Below, piece by piece: positions 22,876 through 35,819 of a stretch of 36,292 bases of DNA. The position numbers were made by a program, and so were the translations under genes. Positions within the stretch are counted from its first letter, which is position 1, and the number at the start of each line of letters is the position of its first letter. This DNA is from Macrostomum lignano (Eukaryota): contig NIVC01000357.1 in the NCBI GenBank assembly GCA_002269645.1, positions 1-36,292 of the forward strand. Direction: 5' to 3'. The notes beneath the pieces were generated by a model. It made no database searches, was not told the origin of the DNA, and saw nothing but the letters and a program-made list of their open reading frames with translations.

Positions 22876-25800
22876 CTGTAGGGGCGGTTTTTTGTTGCGG
22901 GAGAAGCAATGTTTAAAATTTGTCCTTTTTGTCTTTGAAGTTGTCGTCGACGTTGATAAACGTCGCAAGCAAATGGGTACTTTAACTTTATAACAACTTA
23001 GTTAGTTACTTTTATAAGGAGAATTCTGGCCCTGAATTACACGCAGTCTCTTAAAGATTTTCAAAGTGCGCTTGCACTTTTAGAAGCGGAAAAAGTCGAT
23101 ATTTAAATGTGACGAGTTTAGGCTGTACCTGATTCTCAATTGTACTGCTGTGCTTAGAAAAAAAATCTATTGAAATACATATGTCGCATATGGCCTGACT
23201 CATGAATCAATTTGATTGTGAGTCACCCATTGCAACGATTGTTAACGAACAGAGCATACGGGAGGTTCAGCTAAGTAGAGAGCTAAGTGTGGGGCTAAGG
23301 AAGAGAGAAAGCCAAGGATTCCCTTCGCAGAGGAAAAATGTGCACACAATTCCTTCCTCCCCCGAATGCAAATGTTAGTCTCATTTCATATAGTTGCAAT
23401 ATACTAGTGCGAACTGGATTTGTAGCCAAGTCGTGTGAACTTGCTCACTGCAAAGATTCGCTGTATATGTGGCTTTTAGTCGAAGTTTATTGGCCCAGAA
23501 AGAAGCGTGAATCAAATGAACTGTGTTTAAATGAGTGAATTTCCCCACATACACTGCAAAGAGGAAGGTCAATATTATACCCCGTCGGTCTGGGTGGACT
23601 GTAACAGTAATATTTGGCTTCGCTCAAGTCGAATATTTACTGAATACACAGAGCCCTGTTTAGTGACTGCATAATTTGATTTGTTCGATATGAAATACGG
23701 GCGTCATCATTAGTCCTATTTTACTGTTTCTGGTAGATTATTATTGTAGGAGGAACTGTAATATCGTCATATCCCTTGAGAAAAGTCTCAATCCCACTGT
23801 CTCAATCCTCCTAGAGTCGCGTCTCAATTCCCCTAGAGTTGTGTCTCAATCCTCCTAAAGCCGTGTCTCAATCCTCCTAAAGCCGTGTCTCAATCCTCCT
23901 AAAGCCGTGTCTCAATCCTCCTAAAGCCGTGTCTCAATCCTCCTAAAGCCGTGTCTCAATCCTCCTAAAGCCGTGTCTCAATCCTCCTAAAGCCGTGTCT
24001 CAATCCTCCTAAAGCCGTGTCTCAATCCTCCTAAAGCCGTGTCTCAATCCTCCTAAAGCCGTGTCTCAATCCCCTAGAGTCGTGTATCATCAATCCTCCT
24101 AAAGCCGTGTCTCAATCCCCTAGAGTCGTGTCTCAATCCCCTAGAGTCGTGTCTCAATCCCCTAGAGTCGTGTCTCAATCCCCTAGAGTCGTGTCTCAAT
24201 CCCCTAGAGTCGTGTCTCAATCCCCTAGAGTCGTGTCTCAATCCCCTAGAGTCGTGTCTCAATTCCTAGAGTTGCGTCTCAATTCCCAAAGAGAAGACTC
24301 TCTATAAGTCAGTGTCCAGAGCCTAGAGAGTTATGCAACTTGTCAAAAAGGACTTAGATGAATTCATCCAATTTACCCTTTTGTACTCGTCCTCGATTCT
24401 CAGATGCGTCGAAATGAAATTTATGGCGGCGATTGCTCGCCTCAAATCTGGCGTCACTTCCAGGTTGCTAAACCCTGAGGCTTGTGGCTGCTCAGGATGC
24501 TGCTGATGCTGCTGCTGCTGCTGCTGCTCAAAGTCCGACGGCTCATCGATGCTGTTAATATCGCGCATCTCGAACTGCTCGTCAGACATTGCGGTGTCAC
24601 CACCGCCGGCTCGACGACCCCTCGCTGAGCGACCGAACTGCGGCTTGGATGAATTTCCGCCTCCACCGTTGCACTTCTCTGCCATGCGACTCATCCGGTG
24701 CTTCGCCATTTCCTCTCGGTCGATGTGCTCCGGTCGTTTCATGAACAGCACTCGGGGAGGTACTTGAGGAACAGCAGCCGAACCCAATTTGGCATCTTGT
24801 GCGTCCGAGGAGTGCGAAAGTTCCAATTGATAATGATCACCGTGAACACAATAGTGATGATGTTCATAATAAAAGTGAACAGTAGGAATTTAGATATCAA
24901 CGGTATCGAGATCGAAGTTGGCGGCAGGATTTTGCTAACCAGTAACAGGAAGACAACCAAGGCCAGGAGAATTGAGATGCAGAGCGTCATCTTCTCGCCT
25001 GCGTCGGCCGGAAGGTAAAAGACGCACACGCTGAGGAAGGAGATCAGGACGCACGGAATGATGAGGTTGACTGTGTAAAATAGGGTTTTCCGGCGAATGG
25101 TGATGGTGAAGATCATCATTGTCTGGGGAGGCTGGCCGAGCTTCTCGACCAGGGTGATGTTTCCCGGACAGTCGATGATGTCCCAGGAGCCCGACTTCCA
25201 GTAGTCGTTCAAGTCGGCAACTCTGGCGCCCTCGTACCAGTCAAGGACGACCTGGAGTGCACGATGAGGTATTGGATCACCATCCATTGGCCTTCAATCT
25301 CAACGTAAAGGTTGACAATGGAAGCGCTATCATTAACTGCTACCATTTTTGTTCCTCTGATGTGCCTCTCGAGTTTAAGCTTATCTGATATTTTGAAATG
25401 TTCTCTATTTGATAACCTAGTATAGGGCTTCAGGCAAGGGGAATAGCAGCAAGACGCGTCTGAATCTCGACCCACGACACTCCTGGTTTGATTCTGAGCC
25501 ACATTAATTTTGGGGCTTCTGTGCACAGAAAGACACGCGCTTGCATGTGCTCGGGAGTCGCAAGGCAAACAGACATGCCCGCCCATTCCGTTGACTTCTG
25601 AATACGCTCTCGCACACCGGGTGTTCAGCGGCCCAGACTTCTCATCTTCAAGCCAGTGATGTAACTCACTCTGTGGTTTGAGGTTTGGCCCTCGTGGGTG
25701 TCAACCACCCGACAGGTTTTAGACTGACTCCAAATTATAAATACAGCCAAAGTACCCGACTCAAACTTCCCAATCAGAAATAATATCAAAGCGCCAACCT

Positions 25801-28283
25801 GCGTCGCATCGAACGTCCAACTGCCGAATTTCATTTCGCATTCCTGCTGATCGAACGGGAAATATTGGACGTGAATAGTGCAGGAGCTTTTGTAGATTGC
25901 AGGCGGCACCCATAATATCGTTCCGCTGCTGAAGATTAGAATATTTGGCTGCCAGGACACTTCGTAGCGACCGTCGGCGCTGCAGGTGTTGCGGTTGGAA
26001 TGAAATAACTGGGTCTTCTGCCAAGTATAGATTTTTATGGTAGATCAACCTGTCTGTCTATTTTGTGAGCTAGCTCGTTGCAAAGGATTAAGTGTTACTT
26101 AGTGGCTGAAACTGGAATTGAGAACGCCTATGGCCTTTCTGTTCAAACAAAGATTGCTATTTTGAAGTTCTAAAAATAGGCCTCAGATCGATCTTTTTAG
26201 GCGTCCATTTATAAGAGCAAGGATGCTAGTTAGAGTGCTTCCTTGTTTTACACTAGATTTTACACTCTGAACAAAAAATTGTGCCTATATGTGTTGGATT
26301 TAATAAAAAGGTGTTTCGCCAAATCAAGCGGCTTTCTACTTACTTATTGTACAGTACAATATCCGGCTTCCATATCTTGTTAGGATTCACCCTGATGACT
26401 TGGATTCCGCCGAAGTCGCTGGGATCCCAGCGTAGCTGATAGTCTGACCATGTCTGTTGGAGAGCAGCGTAATCGTTGATGATAGCTCGTTAGATATGGA
26501 CTAATCTTGCTATGATAATCTTGCTATTGTCGGCCAGATGGGCAACCGACAGCTCAGCCGCAGCTATTGCGCGGCGCATCTGAAGGCTGCGTACGGCTGT
26601 GCAGTCCGAGACACACACCCTTGATCAATTACCCCAGCTAATACTGGCACTCAGGTGAGTCCAGAATCGAACCCCTGACCTTTCAGTCATGAATTTGACG
26701 CTCTAACCACTAAGGCTACTATCCCTTTTGCGTAAATGAACAAAATTAGAAGAAACTAATAAACTTGTTTCCTTATACGGCGGGTTAAGTTATAACAAGT
26801 GAACCCACATTGCATACAGTAGCTAACCAATTTTTCTCTTCTCTTAGCGTTTTTTTCTAAAAGAAAGTTTCGGCTCCGCAAGAAAGAAAGGCTTAAGAAA
26901 GAAGCTTAAAAAGTCTGTCCTCGCACGCAAGGTCAAAGCGGCAAGTGGGCGGTGGCAGTGGACGGCCCAGAACTGTAGTCAATAAAGCCAGTTCGTTTGG
27001 TTTGCGCTGCTGTGTCTTCTTCATCCTTTCAGAAAGCATCTTTCCTCGCTTCCCCTAAGACCCATCCAGACCTTGCTTGCTTGACTCTTCAAATCGGATT
27101 GTTGGTTTCTGTGTGTCCTCTCTCCTTTTCCCTCGGTTGCTTCGTCACTCTCTGCCCTTTTCTGTCTAACTCTACCCTATAAGGAGAAGAATTAGTCAGG
27201 GAATTCAGCGGAACCAATAATTGCTGCAGCAATATAAAGGAAAATCTTTTTTCTTTAGCGATAGTCATTTTGTTTTATTGGCTTCTGCTTCTAGAGGAAC
27301 GGAAAGAGAAAGGGCTATAGAAAATACATGTAGATTGATAGACAGAAGACTGAGAAGGTTTAATGAGTAGGTGCCGAGAGAGAGCCGACTGTGCTGGGGA
27401 CAGAGAGACACAAGAAGACAGGATGTCTGAAAATTTTCTGCTTTTTGTCAAAGCAAGCAAGCCAGCAAGATTAGAAGTTGAAGAAAACTTGGTAGCTAGC
27501 ATTCATTACAGAGGAGTATAGAACAAGAGAAGAATAATGACGCAGGGCAAGGCAAGGAGGGGAGAAAAAGGAGAAAAGTCTGCTCCAGAACACTGCAATG
27601 CACAGGCAATTAAGGGGAATATGCTTGCTTGCACTTCTGCCAGAAACAATTGGATATAACTGCCAAAGCCGCAGACCGTTCTGGAACGAGCGGCAGTGAA
27701 GATGAAGGAGAATGGACACAGAGGAACAGACACACAGCAGAACAGACACAGCAGAAAAGACACAGCAGAAAAGACGCAATCAAAATAAACTCACCATTCT
27801 TAGCCAAACATTGCTTTTCATTACTTGACTTTTTTCTTCCTGAAAATTAAAATAGTTTTGAGTAAATTTTAACTACAGTATCAGAGAGTCAATTGATCAT
27901 AGTAATAAATCAGATAGGAAACTACCAATATCCACTCAGGTAAGCACAAGATGACTTACAACATTGATTAATTGAATCATTGCTAATCCAAAGCCAACTT
28001 GCACAGTCTGATTAAGGTTTGACACGGGCCTGATGAGCCTGTTGTAGCCCTTGTGCTTGAACAGCAGGTTCACCAGTTTGATCTCGTCGTCACTGCCAAT
28101 GCCTGGAAATTTGTTTGAGTTTTTTTGTTGCTTTGTCAAAGATCAGAGACATCAAATTGGAGGTCAGAGGACAAGGACAAGTCACGAGCCTGATTTCTCA
28201 CCTGATTCACGGACTTGATAGGTCGGTCGAACTAAGCAGCTCAAGAACTGCACAATCAACAGCTGCATTACAATTTGATTCAT
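22708..28283 (-). CDS. nAChRbeta1: Nicotinic acetylcholine receptor non-alpha subunit (beta1-like), 7 coding exons, about 534 aa after one frameshift correction
   Basis: Exons 28202-28283, 27960-28102, 27795-27839, 26344-26453, 25799-25979, 24377-25251 and 22708-22875, all with GT-AG ends and compatible phases. Cys-loop [15 protein letters not shown], no vicinal Cys in loop C, TM2 [26 protein letters not shown]. Very close to the insect beta1 motif set as I recall it. Confidence 0.93.
23787..24290. repeat. Intronic minisatellite with two homogenised sub-arrays (22-bp, then 21-bp)
   Basis: CTCAATCCTCCTAAAGCCGTGT about 10 times (23845-24064), then CTCAATCCCCTAGAGTCGTGT about 7 times. Confidence 0.95.
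24377..25251 (-). CDS. nAChRbeta1: nAChR exon 6 (loop C, TM1-TM3, intracellular loop with polyQ); 1-nt deletion in the C run at 24754-24757
   Basis: CTCCAG|GTC and AGG|GTAAAT. The exon is 875 nt; 876 would keep phase 0. KYLP joins RVLFMKRP only if one C is added. Confidence 0.92.
25799..25979 (-). CDS. nAChRbeta1: nAChR exon 5 (Cys-loop)
   Basis: CTGCAG|C GCC GAC; ADGRYEVSW...[25 protein letters not shown]; donor GTTGGC. Confidence 0.93.
26344..26453 (-). CDS. nAChRbeta1: nAChR exon 4 (110 nt)
   Basis: [36 protein letters not shown]; CAACAG acceptor and GTAAGT donor. Confidence 0.93.
26490..26725 (-). mobile_element. tRNA-derived SINE in nAChR intron 3
   Basis: The head GGGATAGTAGCCTTAGTGGTTAGAGCG...GGGGTTCGATTC has Pol III A and B boxes but stems that do not pair. 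It is followed by a body of about 150 bp and a short tandem tail (TAGCAAGATT twice). Confidence 0.7.
27795..27839 (-). CDS. nAChRbeta1: nAChR exon 3 (45 nt, loop D)
   Basis: TTTTCAG|[15 protein letters not shown]|GTGAGT. Confidence 0.92.
27960..28102 (-). CDS. nAChRbeta1: nAChR exon 2
   Basis: TTCCAG|GC; [12 protein letters not shown]...YNRLIRPV...LAMIQLINV|GTAAGT. Confidence 0.93.
28202..28283 (-). CDS. nAChRbeta1: nAChR exon 1 (signal peptide)
   Basis: [28 protein letters not shown]|GTGAGA; phase 1 matches exon 2. Confidence 0.7.
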
Positions 28284-28917
28284 CTCAAAATTTTATAACC
28301 AATGCTGCTCTTATCAAGAATTTGGATAACTCGACTTTGACTTCGCTGATAGGAGTCAACCAAAACCAGCTCTGGTCTGGGTGATGACGCAGCGTGAACT
28401 AACAGCCAACGTCATGTGTTGACGCGAATCAAAGTTCAAACTTTTGTTTAGAAATTTGTCGAAACGTCGGTTCTAGATGGAAGCATTTGCTATACGTCCA
28501 GGACAATACAGTTGTGGAGTGTAGAAGAACAAGCCAAGCAGGAAAATAAAATTGTTGTCTCTGAACCGTCTGAACCAAGAGATGGACACTCGCATTTGAG
28601 ATCTCTTTTGCCAGCCTCCTATGGGGCAGAGAGGAACAGAAATATTGTACTTGACAAGTTGGCACGCAGCGCGTGCGGGGAAAATGGGGGCAGAGACAGA
28701 GTTGGGGGGGGGGGGGTTGGGGTGGCAGGAAGAGGAGAGAAAAGCTGCCAGTGGTGGGAGAATCAGGTCATTGGGTAAGCGCCGCTGCGTCTGCAGGAGC
28801 TTCAACCCGCCCCGTACTGTCCACCCTTCACGCTTAGAGGGGTAGAGGGCGCAGTCAAGGACTTCTAGATTCAGAATGTCTAGATTGGAAACTTTCTACC
28901 CTGTTTTACTAGTCGTT

Positions 28918-28943
28918 TAACTAACTAACTAACTAACTGACTG

Positions 28944-29036
<93 letters not shown>

Positions 29037-29059
29037 ATAACTAACTAACTAACTAACTG

Positions 29060-29098
<39 letters not shown>

Positions 29099-29099
29099 G

Positions 29100-29160
<61 letters not shown>

Positions 29161-29298
29161 ATTAATAAATAAATAATCAACTATCTAACTAGCTAACTAA
29201 ATTAATAAATAAATAATCAACTAACTAACTAACTAACTAAATTAATAAATAAATAATCAACTATCTAACTAACTAACTAAATTAATAAATAAATAATC

Positions 29299-29344
<46 letters not shown>

Positions 29345-29345
29345 T
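28918..29345. repeat. (CTAA)n microsatellite with three AATTAATAAATAAATAATCAACT interruptions
   Basis: Read directly from the sequence. Confidence 0.97.
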
Positions 29346-29550
29346 TGACTATCTTTTGAATGTTTATAACAGAAACTACTCCACTCCAGATGATAAATCT
29401 AGTATTCCTTGCCATCTCAGCGAACACTCTAAAATCTCCCCCGTCTCTTCCTTCGCCCGTGGGGGTGTCCGCTTGGCAAAACCAGATCCTTAAGCCCACC
29501 AGACCCTGCTCAACATTAGCTGGCTCAGTAGCTAGCTGAGAACACTATAC

Positions 29551-29576
29551 GAGAGAGAGAGAGAGAGAGAGAGAGA
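29551..29576. repeat. (GA)n microsatellite
   Basis: About 13 GA units. Confidence 0.95.
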
Positions 29577-31407
29577 AGAGTAGAGGAAAGAGGGGAAAGA
29601 AGGGACACCACAGTGAGGAATCGAGGAAGCAAAACGACTCCCTCCCCCTTTTAGCCACTGCCAATATCCCTGGCTGCCTCTGCCCCTCTCTCCGGGGATT
29701 CACTAAAAAATAGCGGAAAGAAGAGAGAAGAAAGGTTGCGATGCTAGATATATACCTGCACGTGGACTGCGAAGGGAAAGTGACAGTTCAGCCACCCCCG
29801 CCCGGCCCCGTCTTGTCCTCTTCTTTAGCGTGCCTGCCTGCATGACTTGCTGCTGAAGAGCAGTTGAGAAAAGTAAAGCGTTCTGCACTCCTCACTGACT
29901 ACATACTGATTGGAGCACTCTCTCTCTCTGAAGGGACCCCTAGCGATTTCGCGGCGACAAAGAGCGAGAAAAAAGATTTCTTTTTTAGCAAAAAAGGCCA
30001 CCAATAAAAATTGGGTGAGACGAGAGATGAAGCAGAGATGGGCGAGAAGTGAGTTGAAAACCAGGACAAAAATCAAACATTTTTTGAGCACCGTACGAAA
30101 TGGATTGCTAGTCAGGCAGGATTCTATGAGGCAACTATAAACAAGCAGCATCTTGCAGCAATCTAACTGAAATTCTTAGAGCGCACTTCCACGCTTCCTT
30201 TTAGCCTCTCTCGCTCATTAGCTGGGATTTCTGTCCGCCTCTATCGCTAAGCTACCCCGTCTGGCAGGTCATTAGCCCGAGAACTTTAACACCCAACTAA
30301 CTGTGAGCACTCCTTATCGAGCGAGCGCTGCGACACCAACTCAAAACTTTCTCACTTCTCAGCTCGCGAGAAAATCAATGGTAAGCACCCAGGCACACAC
30401 ACACATACTCACACACACACCCCAAGGCAAAGAACTACAATCTTAGCTAATCGATGACTTTGCCCCCCTCTCTCTCTCCCCGTCGGATCTCACACGCCCT
30501 CTTGCACACATGATAATCGTTAATCTGCCAGTTTCTCTCCTCCTCCCCCTTCTCTCCCTCTCTCCTCCTTTAATTCCTGAGGCTCGCCTTCCCTGAAGCT
30601 TCGTCATAACTGCGCCCATCCACCCCAGCTGTGCCAGTTGCCAAGGACGCTATTAGGCTGCGCTCAAATTCGCTGTCAAATCTGGATTTAACTCAACTTT
30701 TCAACTCTTCGCCTCGCGCGTCCAATGCTCTCCTACGTTGTCATCTCTCGCTCCTTGTTAGGGAGTTATTTGAGACGCTCAGCTCAAGGCCTCTTTTGGA
30801 TTAAAGCGACCGAACAGGAACACTCTCTCTCTCTCTGTCTCACTCTCTCCTTCCAAATGGACAGGGAAAGCGGCGAGGTTGAGAAGCTCAAGGATGCAAA
30901 GAAGAGATTGGTTTGCTTCTCCCTCCAGTGCCTCTTCCCAATCTCCATCAAGGCGGCCTCGCTAAGTTTCCCAATTTTTTTTATTCTACTCAAGAATTTT
31001 CACAGCCGGCCAATGGGTTTTCGGGCCTATTTCGGCAGGTTGAGGAGATTTCTACCAAGCCAAGTTTTCCCACTTGGTTCTCGCCGTTCCTTCCTCCCTA
31101 TCGAGCCGCTGGCTTCATCTTTTTTCTGCCCGAGCTGCTCGCCGAAGAAACCGTGGCGAAAATGAGGAAATTGGCAGGCTGGCTGCCACCGCCCCCTCCA
31201 GCTGCTGCTGCTCGGCCAGCGTTGATAAAAGTTTGGCGTCTCCCTGCTGAGCAGTGAGAATATAGATTTGCGACTTTGAGTAGTTTCTTGCTTGGAACAG
31301 AAGTCTTCGCCTGCAGTTTCTGGCACCCCGAGGGATGAAAAGAAATCAGCGGATCGAGTGGGGAAATTGGAAAAGCCAGGGCCGTTCAGGGATCGAATGC
31401 CAGTGGC

Positions 31408-31782
<375 letters not shown>

Positions 31783-32220
31783 CTCAATTTGCATTCCCAC
31801 TGAGATACACAGCATAAAATCGATCGCACTCTCTACATCGTTCTCTATACCTTCTCAAACGACGGAGAACTTATTAGCAAATCAATGTGGCGGGCTTCGT
31901 TTCGTCTGCTTAAAATTCGATGTCCCTACCCAGCAACAGAACTCACTCGGTGCTCGGTGTTTGTCTTCACAATTTGAACTTTCGTTTTTCATTACGAGCT
32001 TACATTGCATATGCAAACTGCACTACTTAAAGTATGTGGTACAGGAGCGGTCAGTAAAATTTTACCTCAAGGCAAGTTTAAGAATCCAGTGCATGGCTTC
32101 GGGCCGCGGAATAGAGGAGATCAGAGTGTAAGGAAGAGAAATAAACTTTACAAAGGTTTTAAGGTTTTCGGGTCCTTGTCTGTGAAGTACAAAAGACCCG
32201 ATGGACGGAAAGAACTAAGA

Positions 32221-33350
<1,130 letters not shown>

Positions 33351-33677
33351 GTTTATAATATTCGTGATTTGGTGGGCAGAATCAGAGAACCAGAATCACA
33401 CCAACTGCCAGGGTCTTTATTGCTGCTGGCGTCATAATCCTGCATGAATATGTGCATGCTGAGAGGAAAAAATTTCCTTCAGAATATATCATAGCGACAG
33501 GGGGATCAAAGTGCAGGCCAAAATCTGCACTTTGATGACGCTGGTTGCGAAAAAAACAAAACTGTTGATAAGCACATGCTAGTAGAAAACCCCCAATTCA
33601 GCACAGATTCAAGATCTTATCGTAGGATTCGTAAATTAATAGATTTACAGTCCGGAAAGTCCCGAACTAAAAATCTC

Positions 33678-35819
33678 GATCCCTAGATCTCAAGATCCAA
33701 AGGTCCCAAGATCCAAAGATCTCCACCCCAAGATCCCAAGATCCCAAGATCCCAAGATCCCGATCCCAAGATCCCGATCCCAAGATCCCGATCCCAAGAT
33801 CCCAAGATCTCCACCCCAAGATCCCAAGATCCCAAGATCCCAAGATCCCGATCCCAAGATCCCGATCCCAAGATCCCGATCCCAAGATCCCAAGATCTCC
33901 ACCCCAAGATCCCAAGATCCCAAGATCTCCACCCCAAGATCCCAAGATCCCAAGATCTCCACCCCAAGATCTCCACCCCAAGATCCCAAGATTCCAAGAT
34001 CCCAAGATCCCGATCCCAAGATCCCGATCCCAAGATCCCGATCCCAAGATCCCGATCCCAAGATCCCGATCCCAAGATCCCAAGATCTCCACCCCAAGAT
34101 CCCAAGATCCCAAGATCCCGATCCAAGATCCCGATCCAAGATCCCGATCCAAGATCCCGATCCCAAGATCCCGATCCCAAGATCCCGATCCCAAGATCCC
34201 GATCCCAAGATCCCGATCCCAAGATCCCGATCCCAAGATCCCGATCCCAAGATCCCGATCCCAAGATCCCGATCCCAAGATCCCGATCCCAAGATCCCGA
34301 TCCCAAGATCCCGATCCCAAGATCCCGATCCCAAGATCCCGATCCCAAGATCCCGATCCCAAGATCCCGATCCCAAGATCCCGATCCCAAGATCCGATCC
34401 CAAGATCCCGATCCCAAGATCCCGATCCCAAGATCCCGATCCCAAGATCCCGATCCCAAGATCCCGATCCCAAGATCCCGATCCCAAGATCCCGATCCCA
34501 AGATCCCGATCCCAAGATCCCGATCCCAAGATCCCGATCCCAAGATCCCGATCCCAAGATCCCGATCCCAAGATCCCGATCCCAAGATCCCGATCCCAAG
34601 ATCCCGATCCCAAGATCCCGATCCCAAGATCCCGATCCCAAGATCCCGATCCCAAGATCCCGATCCCAAGATCCCGATCCAAGATCCCGATCCCAAGATC
34701 CCGATCCCAAGATCCCGATCCCAAGATCCCGATCCCAAGATCCCGATCCCAAGATCCCGATCCCAAGATCCCGATCCCAAGATCCCGATCCCAAGATCCC
34801 GATCCCAAGATCCGATCCCAAGATCCCGATCCCAAGATCCCGATCCCAAGATCCCGATCCCAAGATCCCGATCCCAAGATCCCGATCCCAAGATCCCGAT
34901 CCCAAGATCCCGATCCCAAGATCCCGATCCCAAGATCCCGATCCCAAGATCCCGATCCCAAGATCCCGATCCAAGATCCCGATCCCAAGATCCCGATCCC
35001 AAGATCCCGATCCCAAGATCCCGATCCAAGATCCCGATCCCAAGATCCCGATCCCAAGATCCCGATCCCAAGATCCCGATCCAAGATCCCGATCCCAAGA
35101 TCCCGATCCAAGATCCCGATCCAAGATCCCGATCCCAAGATCCCGATCCCAAGATCCCGATCCCAAGATCCCGATCCCAAGATCCCGATCCCAAGATCCC
35201 GATCCCAAGATCCCGATCCCAAGATCCCGATCCCAAGATCCCGATCCCAAGATCCCGATCCCAAGATCCCGATCCCAAGATCCCGATCCCAAGATCCCGA
35301 TCCCAAGATCCCGATCCCAAGATCCCGATCCAAGATCCCGATCCAAGATCCCGATCCAAGATCCCGATCCCAAGATCCCGATCCCAAGATCCCGATCCCA
35401 AGATCCCGATCCCAAGATCCCGATCCCAAGATCCCGATCCCAAGATCCCGATCCCAAGATCCCGATCCCAAGATCCCGATCCCAAGATCCCGATCCCAAG
35501 ATCCCGATCCCAAGATCCCGATCCCAAGATCCCGATCCCAAGATCCCGATCCAAGATCCCGATCCCAAGATCCCGATCCCAAGATCCCGATCCCAAGATC
35601 CCGATCCCAAGATCCCGATCCCAAGATCCCGATCCCAAGATCCCGATCCCAAGATCCCGATCCAAGATCCCGATCCCAAGATCCCGATCCCAAGATCCCG
35701 ATCCCAAGATCCCGATCCCAAGATCCCGATCCCAAGATCCCGATCCCAAGATCCCGATCCCAAGATCCCGATCCCAAGATCCCGATCCCAAGATCCCGAT
35801 CCCAAGATCCCGATCCCAA
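33678..35819. repeat. 14-bp satellite (AAGATCCCGATCCC)n, about 2.1 kb
   Basis: The first 450 bp or so is heterogeneous (8-bp CCAAGATC units and AGATCTCCACCCC variants). The rest is near-homogeneous 14-mers with occasional 13-mers. Confidence 0.98.

Noticed and set aside
24745-24765. Programmed ribosomal frameshift in the nAChR
   Set aside because: No slippery heptamer or stimulatory structure is evident; a homopolymer error is far simpler.
26654-26725. Functional tRNA-Met gene
   Set aside because: Acceptor and T stems do not pair, and the sequence continues into a SINE-like body.
28918-29345. (CTAA)n as a telomeric seed
   Set aside because: TTAG lacks the G-run of TTAGG or TTAGGG; treated as an ordinary microsatellite.
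33678-35819. GATC-dense tract as a bacterial Dam/origin signal or a telomere
   Set aside because: The flanks are animal genomic DNA, the array is interstitial with unique sequence on both sides, and the unit is not a known telomere repeat.
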